A stretch of DNA of 64,000 bases from a virus. Below are positions 45,836 through 55,050 of this stretch, piece by piece; positions within the stretch are counted from its first letter, which is position 1; each line of letters opens with the position of its first letter. The stretch is taken from IMG/VR virus record IMGVR_UViG_3300032287_003622, positions 70,933 to 134,932 of that record. One strand, written 5' to 3'. The notes under the pieces were generated by a model. That model was not told where the DNA came from, searched no databases, and worked only from the letters and a program-made list of their open reading frames with translations. The translations under genes and the position numbers were made by a program.

Positions 45836-47443
45836 TTATATCAGCGTAGAAGAATTTGGATTAAAAACTGTGGTTCCCACACTGGCCAATGAGCCACTGT
45901 TTAATGATGACAAATTAGAAAATGCCCCCTGGGCTCTTCCCTGCAAATCTTTTAAAACATTTTGTGCTTTGGCTATGTCCAAAGCAGCACCGAGGCTGGC
46001 AGAATCCGGCAACTTGGGCTCAAAACTGGGCACAGGAATTTTGTTGCTGCCAAAAACTTTGATCATGGCCACGTCTACTGTGGCGCGATTCACAGTGTTT
46101 GAAAAACCTGCGGCTTTTTGCACCGATGCTACCAAACTGTCGCCAACCCCACCAAAAAGATTGGTCACATTGAAACTTCCCAATTGTCCAGTCAATGAAC
46201 CCAGCTGAGCCTGGGCCTGTCCCAACAAGGCTGTGGCCTGTCCCTGTAGTTGTCCGGCCAAGGCTGTGACCTGGCCAGTTACTGCTGATTGCGCCTGACC
46301 CAGTAAATTGCTGACGCTGGGCAGATTTGAAGTTAAATTGCTTAGACTGAGGTTTGACAAATTACTTAGACCATTGGTCAAAGTGCTGGCGGCACCGGAT
46401 GCAAATTGGCTGACTTTGCCAAGACTGTTCATGGCTGTCTGCACCGACGCAAGACTGGGTGTAATTCCTGAGGTCAAGTTGCCTAGTCCCGGCAATCCTG
46501 AAAACACTTGAGAAGACAAACCTTTGATATTGACCAGATTTGTTGTAAGATTGGTCAGTCCTGGCAAACCCTGTGCCCATTGGGCTGTGAGTTGGGTGCC
46601 AAATCTACTGGCATTGTTGACCAAGGCTGCTATTTGACCATTAACATTGTTGGTCAAAGTAGATGTGATAGCATTGACTGGCTGATTGGACCCCATGAAT
46701 ATCTGTCCATTCACAGCGGCGATACTTTGTGCCGCAGGAGTTGTTATTACTCCAGTTGCTTGCAAGCTGTCATAGCCATTGACCATGAGGGTGCTCTGAG
46801 CAGTATTTTGAGCCGTTGGGTTGATGAGGAATTGGTCAGCGGTGTTGATTCCATCTTTGCCGGTCCAGATACCTGGTGCTTTCAAAACATCAACCAAGTT
46901 GTTAGATCCTGATTTCAGAAACTGTTGCCAAGTTCCGGGTTTGACATATCCTGACATTTCCAACTGTTGACAACTCAGACCATATTGTCCTACTCCTTTT
47001 TCATTGGTAATGACCGTGGCCGGCTGATCCACGGTGTTAGCTACCTGTGCCATGAGAGCCTGAGTTTGATTACTGGTCAATGACCCAATGGCCGGAGGTG
47101 TAAATCCTGTGGAAGTAATGGAGGCTATGTCGGCTTGGTCAATGGGATTCTGCAACGGCACATCAACCAAAGGTGGCACACTGGCCACAGTTGGCAGGCC
47201 ATTTATTATGGCCAATATAACAGTGTCGTCTACACCTGCTGTGCCTCGGTCCAAGCGACTCAACTCAAATTTGACCAAGGAAGATCTTGCTCCGGATATA
47301 CTTTGTCCTGGCACAAATCCTACCAAAGCACCAGCAGCAACCTGACTGTAAAATATCTGATCTGCCTGCTCTTGAGTAGTTCCTGTAGGAGTTTGCATGG
47401 TAAATTTTGCGCCGGAAGGAAGAGTATATTTGAACTGGCTCAT
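45836..47443 (-). CDS. Baseplate-associated protein downstream of the gp5-like gene
   Basis: GVGQYGLSCQQLEMSGYVKPGT segment (possibly lysozyme-like); long Ser/Gln/Leu/Gly low-complexity C-terminal half. Confidence 0.5.
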   Translation of the reverse strand: MSQFKYTLPSGAKFTMQTPTGTTQEQADQIFYSQVAAGALVGFVPGQSISGARSSLVKFELSRLDRGTAGVDDTVILAIINGLPTVASVPPLVDVPLQNPIDQADIASITSTGFTPPAIGSLTSNQTQALMAQVANTVDQPATVITNEKGVGQYGLSCQQLEMSGYVKPGTWQQFLKSGSNNLVDVLKAPGIWTGKDGINTADQFLINPTAQNTAQSTLMVNGYDSLQATGVITTPAAQSIAAVNGQIFMGSNQPVNAITSTLTNNVNGQIAALVNNASRFGTQLTAQWAQGLPGLTNLTTNLVNIKGLSSQVFSGLPGLGNLTSGITPSLASVQTAMNSLGKVSQFASGAASTLTNGLSNLSNLSLSNLTSNLPSVSNLLGQAQSAVTGQVTALAGQLQGQATALLGQAQAQLGSLTGQLGSFNVTNLFGGVGDSLVASVQKAAGFSNTVNRATVDVAMIKVFGSNKIPVPSFEPKLPDSASLGAALDIAKAQNVLKDLQGRAQGAFSNLSSLNSGSLASVGTTVFNPNSSTLI

Positions 47444-47452
47444 GTTATTTTG

Positions 47453-49327
47453 TTAACCGTTGTATCCTACAGATGCGCCTAATCTGGCATTCATGGCTTT
47501 GAAGGCTTCCAAGGCAGCCACCGCACGGGGGTCATCACGACCAAACTCTGCTACCAGCTTTTCATATTCATTCTGTTTGGCTTCTATATCATTGATTAAA
47601 ACTCGCTGTGCAGCCCGGTCAAGCGTGGCGGAACTAGCTGTTGCGGGCGACACTGCACCGTTGGTAAAACCCAACCCAGACGGCAAGGCATTGGTTATGG
47701 CCCCGGCTCCGGGTATGCTGGACAATGCGCCGGTGATGGCTCCTGCCCCGGGAATGCCAGACAAGCTAGGCAAGCCAGGTATGCTGGGTAAACCAGTAGG
47801 CAAGCTGGGTGCAGTGGCCGTTATGGTTACATTTTCGGGCACTTCGGGAGCATCAGGTGGCGGTGTCGGTGTGGCATCAGACAATTTGACTGATGTAGAC
47901 ACGCCTTGATTGTGATAAGGATAAGGTTCATGTGTGGGTGCTCGAGTCACTATGCTTTCGGTTGTTGCTGGAGTGGCCAACCAACCCACACTGGCATTGA
48001 ATTCAACTTTGGGGTGCAGATACTTGGTAAGACCCGGTGGTGTTTCTACATCAATACGCGGACCGCCATTGAGCTGTATTTGTCCGCTGTTGAAACTGAG
48101 ACTGCTGTCAGCTGCCCAGCTGCCCAATTGACTGGTGATGGCCAGTGTGCCAGGAGTTTTTATGCCTACACTGTTTTGGCTGAACAAAGTCAGCTTGCCT
48201 TTGTTTGACAAGCTCATGTCGCTGTCGCTTTGCAAAATTGTGCCTTTGATACTTTTGGTATTGATCTTGCCTCCAGCATACATGTTGATGTCTTCATCGG
48301 CATGTAGATTGATAGTTCCTTGAGTGCGTATGTTTACACTGTTAGTGGTGTAAACATCCAAGGTTCCTTCCTGGCCCAACTCAATCCAGGATTGTCCGTT
48401 GGCATGACAGATATAAAAGCAATTGCCGTCATCACTCATGGTTATCTGATGACCCTTACTGGTGCGTATTCTTATTAGATTATCATTGCCATTGAGATCA
48501 CCGTCGTCCATGACCAAGCTGTGTCCGCCACGGCGAGCTATTACTGTGGCTGCTGAGGCCGGACGTGAGGCCAAAGACTGTGGATTTATGTCTTCTTCGG
48601 CCTCGTTGGCTCCGCCAACATTTTGATAAATGGCTCGACCCGGTGTGCTGATACCATAACATCCACTGGGACTTTCTCTTTGACTAGTGCTGCCAATGGT
48701 GCCACGTATGTCATCATTGATAAGACCTTGTTGAAACAGGATACCGGCCACATAACTATGAACAGGCTTGGGTTGATCAAAATATTTAGGATTGTCAGCT
48801 ATGTTAGGATTGCGGGCATTTATCTCAGTGACTGGCAGTTTTTCAGCCGAAGCAAAATAGCTGGCCTGTGTTTTGTTCTGTGTGACAGCCTCTGATTTTT
48901 TTACCGATCCAACGGCTGGAATCATGTGTGTGATTCCTTGCTCGGGTATGCATCCTATGTAGTAGCCTTGATTGGGATCGCCACCAACAAAAAAACACAG
49001 CACCTGCACACCTATGTCTGGTGGAGTGAACCACATGCCGTAGCTTTGAGGATTACCCTGTTCAAAGGCCCCGGTCCCGGCACTTTTTCCAGCGGGTGTG
49101 GCTCCGTAAAATGGTGGGCAGTAATTGACTGTGCGCCACAGGCTAGAGTCTTTTGGATTGGGTCCACCAAACTGTTCGATGTATACCTGTAGACGTCCGG
49201 ATCTGGTGGGGTCTACATTGTTGGTAACTGTTCCTACGAATGGCCCAAATTCTGTGGGCATGCCTCCACGATCAAACTTGTAATTGGTAGGTTGTCCGCG
49301 ATTGCGTCCTAGATTTTCTCCGGCCAT
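47453..49327 (-). CDS. Baseplate hub / central spike, gp5/VgrG-like
   Basis: OB-fold-type VTNNVDPTRSGRLQVYI..GMWFTPPDIGVQVLCFF; GHSLVMDD..IRIRTSKGHQITMSD; beta-helix-like repeats; APTHEPYPYH. Confidence 0.75.
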   Translation of the reverse strand: MAGENLGRNRGQPTNYKFDRGGMPTEFGPFVGTVTNNVDPTRSGRLQVYIEQFGGPNPKDSSLWRTVNYCPPFYGATPAGKSAGTGAFEQGNPQSYGMWFTPPDIGVQVLCFFVGGDPNQGYYIGCIPEQGITHMIPAVGSVKKSEAVTQNKTQASYFASAEKLPVTEINARNPNIADNPKYFDQPKPVHSYVAGILFQQGLINDDIRGTIGSTSQRESPSGCYGISTPGRAIYQNVGGANEAEEDINPQSLASRPASAATVIARRGGHSLVMDDGDLNGNDNLIRIRTSKGHQITMSDDGNCFYICHANGQSWIELGQEGTLDVYTTNSVNIRTQGTINLHADEDINMYAGGKINTKSIKGTILQSDSDMSLSNKGKLTLFSQNSVGIKTPGTLAITSQLGSWAADSSLSFNSGQIQLNGGPRIDVETPPGLTKYLHPKVEFNASVGWLATPATTESIVTRAPTHEPYPYHNQGVSTSVKLSDATPTPPPDAPEVPENVTITATAPSLPTGLPSIPGLPSLSGIPGAGAITGALSSIPGAGAITNALPSGLGFTNGAVSPATASSATLDRAAQRVLINDIEAKQNEYEKLVAEFGRDDPRAVAALEAFKAMNARLGASVGYNG

Positions 49328-50961
49328 TATGCATCATCCCTTGCAATTATTTGAGGTGCTTCGTTGGTTGTTCCGCCATCGGTGCCGGCCAATCCTGCGG
49401 CATAATCAATGTCACCGGTAGAGGTAGGATCTTCGGGTGGTGGTGCTGGCTGTGGTTCGGGATACTCAAAACCTATGTTGGCATCATCAATGCGACTGGG
49501 TTCAAAACCTATGTTGGCATCGGCCACCCTGCTGGGTTCATTTTCAAAACCAACATTGGCATCCTCTACACGACTGGGCAAACGAGATCCTGTAGCAGTG
49601 CTGGTCGGTGTTGGACGACCCTGTGCTGTCTGGGAAGGATTTACAGAATTGCTCAATGGCAGAAGACTGCCTACCAGTTCTTGTGTGAACTGACCTTTGC
49701 TGAAAACATTTTTACAGCTCTTGGATATAAATGCAAACGTTTCCTGGGGAGCTCCGGATCCTGAATTTGTGTTCATAATACCTGTGTTGAAATCATAGTC
49801 AGTGGGTCGATTAAAACTCACTGTGAATGTCACTTCTTGACTGTCATAATTTATGCTGCCATCGGCATTGAAAGGCTTGAATTCAAAACTGCGTGCATTG
49901 ACGCCAAAAGCCACTTCGCCTTGTTGCAACCAGGCCGGATCGCCCACAATGCGCAACCTTACTTCGCTGAAATCACTCACACTGTAGAGAAAAGATGCAG
50001 CGTTGTCGGCTGGCTCATTGATGTAGTTGGGTTGTCCTTGTCCTCTCTGTTCACTGGTAGCCATGTGGAACTGTTTGAACTGATCTCTTCCTTTGGGGGG
50101 AGGAACTGCCAAGGCACTGGCGTTACCACTCAGTGTGACATAATAGGCCTGATTGTATTCTTGTTCATAGTGCAATATGGCATTGTTCAAACCGGTGAAC
50201 CAATAGTTATAGGCCTTGTGAGCGCCACGATAGTTGCTGTTGGGAAAATAAGGACTGGCCATCTGGTTGATAGAATATGGCGAGATCACAAAAGTCATGC
50301 GATAGGCATGATCTCTGCGTTTGTTATCATAGGCCAATTGTTTGGCATTGACACTGATCTTGTACCAAGCAGTGACCCCGCTGTTGGCCTTGGCATTCTT
50401 GGTTTGTTGACCGTCCTCATCAAAATTTACTTTTTGCTGATCTGTAATATATTTGCTGCTACGCATGACCTGATCTATGAACTGCACTATCTGCGTGCCG
50501 GCCAACACCTGCCAGATCTGGCTGTTTTTGTTGACAGAATCAGTATTTTGATCCAGTTTGGCAGCCGCTGTGTTGACATTTTTTGGTGCAGTGTTTCTAT
50601 AGATAACAGGGCCGGGCTTGACAACTTCTGAGGCTCCTATGGATGCCGGGGCAAATTCTATGGCATATTCGTCGGCCACTGCATAAGTGCCACGTTTGAC
50701 CAAATCTTTTTGGTATTGATTTAAGGCCTCGCATAGGCCAGTGAAAATATTGTTGTTGCCTTTGCTAGGGGCATCAGGAGCCTTGGGAGCGGCCGAGCCC
50801 GGATTGGCGATTTGGTCAAACAATTTGTTTTTGACTGCTATTGTGCCGGGCGTGTCGCCACCGTAAATTCTCACAGCACCACGACCGGTATTGCCGGCGG
50901 CATCCAAAGCAGCTTGAACTTGATTTTGTTGTTGAATACGAGATTTTGATATTCCAGGCAT
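49327..50961 (-). CDS. Baseplate hub-like protein, C-terminal part
   Basis: KAYNYWFTGLN, LRIVGDPAWL and FSKGQFTQEL motifs typical of gp27/gpD-like hubs; position before gp5-like gene. Confidence 0.5.
   Translation of the reverse strand: MPGISKSRIQQQNQVQAALDAAGNTGRGAVRIYGGDTPGTIAVKNKLFDQIANPGSAAPKAPDAPSKGNNNIFTGLCEALNQYQKDLVKRGTYAVADEYAIEFAPASIGASEVVKPGPVIYRNTAPKNVNTAAAKLDQNTDSVNKNSQIWQVLAGTQIVQFIDQVMRSSKYITDQQKVNFDEDGQQTKNAKANSGVTAWYKISVNAKQLAYDNKRRDHAYRMTFVISPYSINQMASPYFPNSNYRGAHKAYNYWFTGLNNAILHYEQEYNQAYYVTLSGNASALAVPPPKGRDQFKQFHMATSEQRGQGQPNYINEPADNAASFLYSVSDFSEVRLRIVGDPAWLQQGEVAFGVNARSFEFKPFNADGSINYDSQEVTFTVSFNRPTDYDFNTGIMNTNSGSGAPQETFAFISKSCKNVFSKGQFTQELVGSLLPLSNSVNPSQTAQGRPTPTSTATGSRLPSRVEDANVGFENEPSRVADANIGFEPSRIDDANIGFEYPEPQPAPPPEDPTSTGDIDYAAGLAGTDGGTTNEAPQIIARDDA
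49464..49578 (-). repeat. Three coding repeats PSRxxDAN(I/V)GFE
   Basis: tcaaaacctatgttggcatc at 49466 and 49502; variant tcaaaaccaacattggcatc at 49544. Confidence 0.8.
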
Positions 50962-50970
50962 GATTTCTCT

Positions 50971-52278
50971 CTATGGTGCCACTATTGAAAAAGGACTTTC
51001 GGTCTCGCCTGTGAAGTTACCCAAGGCATCTACTCCGGCACTGGCACGGATATCATTGACTGTGGCCCCAGGATTGGTTGGAGTAAAGATCTGGGCCGGA
51101 CTGGGAGATTCTGTGCGAGCACCCGACTCTTGTTGAACAGCAGGGGCTCCTGCAGCACTGCCTTGTAGAATCTGTGCCACGGTCTGACCAGAAAATTGGA
51201 AGGCAAATGGTATGGTGCCTCTGGCTTGACTGGTGCCTGTGGAGTAAGGCACTGGTTTTCCAACAATGTTATATTCGATCTGATTGGCCACAGTCCTGAA
51301 AGTTAGATTCTCTATAAGGAAAGGATAATATTTTTTGATTACTGCTTGACTGGTCGATCCAGAAACACCGCCGCGTGCAGGAGCCACTAAATTGCCTTGA
51401 CTGTCGTAACCGTAGAATTCTATGGTCAGACAATACTGCGCGGCTCCATAATTGGGGGCCTGACTGGTCTGATTTGCTGTAGTATTGGCGGTGGTTGTGG
51501 CCTGAGCACCACTGCCTGCTGTGGGGTTTTTGTAGGCTGTTTGCAAAGCACTGTAAAGATTTTGTATCAAAGTCAACCCATTGGGTTCCACAACTTTGAA
51601 TCTTATTTCTGTGGCATTGTTGCTCATGTTGGTGCCTTTGCCCATGAGCACGGTTTCTATTTCCAAATCATCTAGATAGTAGTCATAGGGAAAATATTGA
51701 TTGCGGCCGCCGGTAGGTGCCCCTCCGCTTTGCATGAGCAGGCTCCAATTGCCAGTGCCGGGCGCTGGCGCAAGTCCTGTGGTAAGATTGTTGTATTGAT
51801 CCGGGGTCAACAACCACCAAGAAATAGCGTAGGTATAACTGGCATACTGATCCAGCACATTTGGCTGAGGTGTTATAGGTTGGTTGGCAAAGGTCTGATT
51901 GATGACCTGCTGGTTGCTGGTGCTGGATCTGGGTGGAGTATCATCATTGCCTCGGGCTCCGTAAGGATCAGATGAGGTTCCGGCACCTACTCCAGATGAG
52001 GTAGGAGCTTTAGGAGTTTGAACAGGTGCATCTTCTTGTGCACCGGCTTGTGCAGGACCGCCCAAGATTTGTGTTGGTTCGGCTAATTCTGTAGTGGCTT
52101 GGGTCTGCTCGATTGTGCCTGTTTTGGGATTTGTTGCCTCATAGGCTTGTTGTTGTTCTGGAGTAGGTGCGGCCGCAAGATCCAGAATTTGACCTGTGCT
52201 TGGATCATCGTAGTAGTATCCGCCCGACGGCGACGGCCCTACATAACGATAAAATGACGGGAATTCTCCTTGTGCCAT
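50971..52278 (-). CDS. Baseplate hub-like protein, N-terminal part
   Basis: PNVLDQYASYTYAISW, IRFKVVEPNGLTL, LTIEFYGYD; disordered N-terminus. Confidence 0.5.
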   Translation of the reverse strand: MAQGEFPSFYRYVGPSPSGGYYYDDPSTGQILDLAAAPTPEQQQAYEATNPKTGTIEQTQATTELAEPTQILGGPAQAGAQEDAPVQTPKAPTSSGVGAGTSSDPYGARGNDDTPPRSSTSNQQVINQTFANQPITPQPNVLDQYASYTYAISWWLLTPDQYNNLTTGLAPAPGTGNWSLLMQSGGAPTGGRNQYFPYDYYLDDLEIETVLMGKGTNMSNNATEIRFKVVEPNGLTLIQNLYSALQTAYKNPTAGSGAQATTTANTTANQTSQAPNYGAAQYCLTIEFYGYDSQGNLVAPARGGVSGSTSQAVIKKYYPFLIENLTFRTVANQIEYNIVGKPVPYSTGTSQARGTIPFAFQFSGQTVAQILQGSAAGAPAVQQESGARTESPSPAQIFTPTNPGATVNDIRASAGVDALGNFTGETESPFSIVAP

Positions 52279-52279
52279 G

Positions 52280-52582
52280 CTAGAATCCCAACACTGATTT
52301 GAGAGTGCTCAATCTAGGCAGGTATATCACTGTTCCTGCTTCAAAATCCATGGGTGGTTCAGTCAAAGTATTGGGGTTGCGTTGATAAAACACCCACCAC
52401 AAGCCGGCATCCCCATAAAGGTCAAAGGCCAATAGATCGGGTCGGTATTGAAAAGTGGTATTGATCGTAAACAAGATGTCGTCGGCTGACTTGGGTATAG
52501 GCCGATTGTTCATGACATCCAAAAAGAATTGGCTGTAACCTGTAGTAAAATAAGGACTCGTCGCGCTGTAATTGCCGGCCAT
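52280..52582 (-). CDS. Baseplate protein, gp53/LysM-like
   Basis: YRPDLLAFDLYGDAGLWWVF..N..GTVIYLP. Confidence 0.8.
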   Translation of the reverse strand: MAGNYSATSPYFTTGYSQFFLDVMNNRPIPKSADDILFTINTTFQYRPDLLAFDLYGDAGLWWVFYQRNPNTLTEPPMDFEAGTVIYLPRLSTLKSVLGF

Positions 52583-54024
52583 TACCAGAATCCTCCTTTC
52601 AACAAGTTACCGTTGGCAAAGTTCTTGAGACTGAACTGTTTGCTTACCTGGCTTCGGCTCTGCACCGGCAACAATGTCAGTTGCATGTCGATTTTGGTGG
52701 GCACGTAGGTAGGATTATTTAATAAACTTCGCAATGGGGCAGCCACTTCGTTTTCGGCTCCGCGTGGCAAGAAAGCAGCTGCCAATCGCGTGACTGTTGG
52801 ACTGACAGCATTGAGTGTGGTGGAATAAAGATTTTGCAAAGGTTGTAGATTCAAGCCCAGATTGTTGGGGCTTCCAGAACTTATATAATCAACATCAGCA
52901 GGCAGGGTATAATTGAATTGCGTTACCAAGCAAGGATGATTGCTGAATTGATAATCTCCTAGGCCACTGAAAAAAACCAAGGGTGGCGGACTGCCGCGTT
53001 GCGCATCTTGGCCATAAAACATCTTGGTCACACTGCGGAAAAAGTGTATGACTGCCAGCACATAGGCCGCATCTGCTGTGCTCTGCGCTGTGAATGGAGC
53101 ATTGATTGTGACCTGATCAGTATAACTGTTTTGATAGAAATATCCTCGATAGTTGCTGTGTGTAAGATCGTAAGGATTGTAATTGGCCTTGTAGGCTGTG
53201 CTTATGGTAGGAGTAAAAGGAAATATTACTCCATTGGTTGTTTTCAATGGTTGCAATATGCCTGCATCCGGAGCATTATACAAATAAGTAGCACCCGGTG
53301 CCAATCTCAAGGTAACACGCCAGTCGGTGTTGACTGGCATCTGTGCGAGGCTGGAATTGGTCTCTTGATTCTGTGCCTGGATCACGCCAGTGGTCACCTC
53401 ACTTTGTCTAGGAGCACCCCCGAATACCCTCTCTGCCTCAAACAACTGTGCGTCTGTTATGCCAACTTCAATGTCAGGTTCGCCCTGGCTGACACCATTG
53501 GCCGCTGCCAAGGCATCCAAATCCTCGGCCGAATACTTGATATCCGAAGCTGGCACAGCGATTTCATTTTGTGAACCATAGCCGTCGGTGTTGCCAGATT
53601 CCTGGAATTCATTGGGGGTTACCTGGTCGGCCGGAATTATCTGTTCATTGGCCTGGGCGGAATCTGTTTGTTGAGCTTCAGGATCTACCTGTGGACTGAC
53701 AGTGTTGTTTGTGGATGTTGTGACAGATCCGTCTGGAGAAGGCAATGTTGAGGTTTGCCCAGATTCGGCCTGTTGTGCTCGTTCCAGATTGGCCATGTCG
53801 TCATCATACTGGATCTTTAGCGTATCTGCAAATGATTGCTGACTGTTTACCAAGCGATTTTTGGCTTCAAGAAACTCAGGTGTGCCCGGTGTTAATCTAC
53901 CCGCAGCTACTTCATTGTCTAACTGCTGGCGGCCGGCGGCAACTTTGTCCAGGGCGTCCTGGAGCAAGAATCTTGATTGATTCACAGCTTTGTTAGCAGA
54001 CTGCACTGTAGGAGTAAATGCCAT
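52582..54024 (-). CDS. Tail tube initiator / baseplate protein (gp48/gp54-like) with long acidic N-terminal extension
   Basis: C-terminal GVIFPFTP..THSNY..FFRSVTKMFYG..GSPPPLV..LPADVDYI. Confidence 0.6.
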   Translation of the reverse strand: MAFTPTVQSANKAVNQSRFLLQDALDKVAAGRQQLDNEVAAGRLTPGTPEFLEAKNRLVNSQQSFADTLKIQYDDDMANLERAQQAESGQTSTLPSPDGSVTTSTNNTVSPQVDPEAQQTDSAQANEQIIPADQVTPNEFQESGNTDGYGSQNEIAVPASDIKYSAEDLDALAAANGVSQGEPDIEVGITDAQLFEAERVFGGAPRQSEVTTGVIQAQNQETNSSLAQMPVNTDWRVTLRLAPGATYLYNAPDAGILQPLKTTNGVIFPFTPTISTAYKANYNPYDLTHSNYRGYFYQNSYTDQVTINAPFTAQSTADAAYVLAVIHFFRSVTKMFYGQDAQRGSPPPLVFFSGLGDYQFSNHPCLVTQFNYTLPADVDYISSGSPNNLGLNLQPLQNLYSTTLNAVSPTVTRLAAAFLPRGAENEVAAPLRSLLNNPTYVPTKIDMQLTLLPVQSRSQVSKQFSLKNFANGNLLKGGFW

Positions 54025-54042
54025 GTCGTTGTCCTCTCCACA

Positions 54043-54048
54043 TATTTA
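54043..54048 (-). promoter_or_regulatory. Putative late promoter TAAATA heading the baseplate operon
   Basis: CTAAATATGTGGAGAGGACAACGAC-ATG, with a GGAGAGG RBS. Confidence 0.55.
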
Positions 54049-54083
54049 GCGGAAAAATAAACCACCTATATTATGAATAAAGG

Positions 54084-54116
54084 TTGACAACCTGGCATTT
54101 CGTGCTACAATAAATA
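54084..54116 (+). promoter_or_regulatory. Sigma70-type promoter with overlapping TAAATA, upstream of gp55
   Basis: TTGACA (54084-54089), 16 nt, TACAAT (54106-54111) preceded by an extended -10 TG; TAAATA 54111-54116; AGGAG RBS at 54124. Confidence 0.7.
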
Positions 54117-54135
54117 ATATCTTAGGAGAATTTTA

Positions 54136-55038
54136 GTGTCAACTACTGTCACACGAACCCCAGCAAAGACAAATTATTTAAATAATCGAGATATCTTAAA
54201 ACAGATACACCTAAGCAAGAACACCTACTGCACCTATCGTGATCCTGCGACAGATCACCAGTATGATATCATCCTGCCCACGGTCACAAAGATCAATCAA
54301 AGAACCATAGTCGAAGCACGCAGGAATCGTGCAGATCGCATACGGCGCGAAACTGGTGTAGAAATCGATCAAAAGAAAATACCCAATACTGATCTGGTGT
54401 TCCGTATAACCTGCTGGGAACACATACCCATGGCACCTAAAAAAATTCCAAAAAGTCAGCAAAAGAAAAAGAAAATAGAAGACATGTTTGAGTTGGACGT
54501 GTTGGATGAGGACGATCCACTTGCTGAATTGTTGGAACAACCTGTGTTGGATGAAAAACATGTGCGCTTGAACTTTCCTCCTTTTTACCACTATCGCTTG
54601 GATAAAAACAAGGCGCCGTACCTGGTGGGCAAAAGCCACTGGCGTGGCGACCTTGACAAGGGCGAGTTTTCAAAAGATCACGGCATCATGACCCGCACCT
54701 TGGCCACCATGTTTATGAAATTATGCGAACGCTATGCCACACGATCAAACTGGCGTGGCTATACCTACAATGAAGAAATGCGTGGGCAGGCACTACTACA
54801 ACTCAGCCAAATTGGTCTGCAGTTTGATGAATCAAAAAGTCAAAATCCATTTGCTTACTACACCGCGGCCATTACAAATAGTTTCACACGCATCTTGAAT
54901 CTGGAAAAGAAAAATCAAAACATCAGGGATGACATGCTGGAACAAGCCGGACTCAATCCATCGTGGACAAGACAAAATGCTGGCAAGAAAAATCCCAACT
55001 TTGCACCCAGCGAGGTTGTAATTATCACTGAAGAATAA
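54136..55038 (+). CDS. Late-transcription sigma factor, T4 gp55-like
   Basis: NYLNNRDIL; RSNWRGYTYNEEM..QFDESKSQNPFAYYTAAITNSFTRILNLEKK; T4-like gp55-47-46 order. Confidence 0.85.
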   Translation: MSTTVTRTPAKTNYLNNRDILKQIHLSKNTYCTYRDPATDHQYDIILPTVTKINQRTIVEARRNRADRIRRETGVEIDQKKIPNTDLVFRITCWEHIPMAPKKIPKSQQKKKKIEDMFELDVLDEDDPLAELLEQPVLDEKHVRLNFPPFYHYRLDKNKAPYLVGKSHWRGDLDKGEFSKDHGIMTRTLATMFMKLCERYATRSNWRGYTYNEEMRGQALLQLSQIGLQFDESKSQNPFAYYTAAITNSFTRILNLEKKNQNIRDDMLEQAGLNPSWTRQNAGKKNPNFAPSEVVIITEE

Positions 55039-55050
55039 AAAAATTCGGGC

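Noticed and set aside
49464-49578. 20-bp repeats spaced 36 and 42 bp apart, superficially CRISPR-like
   Set aside because: Only three copies, in-frame spacing, synonymous-type variation, inside a long ORF, and no cas genes; these are peptide repeats.
50971-50973. Genome-wide TAG recoding
   Set aside because: Very long ORFs are intact in the standard code, and TAG ends genes cleanly elsewhere (gp46, gp53-like).
27340-54024. Many + strand ORFs of 60-308 aa (for example 38779-39705, 49837-50631)
   Set aside because: They are antisense shadows of long minus-strand genes with no motifs or RBS.
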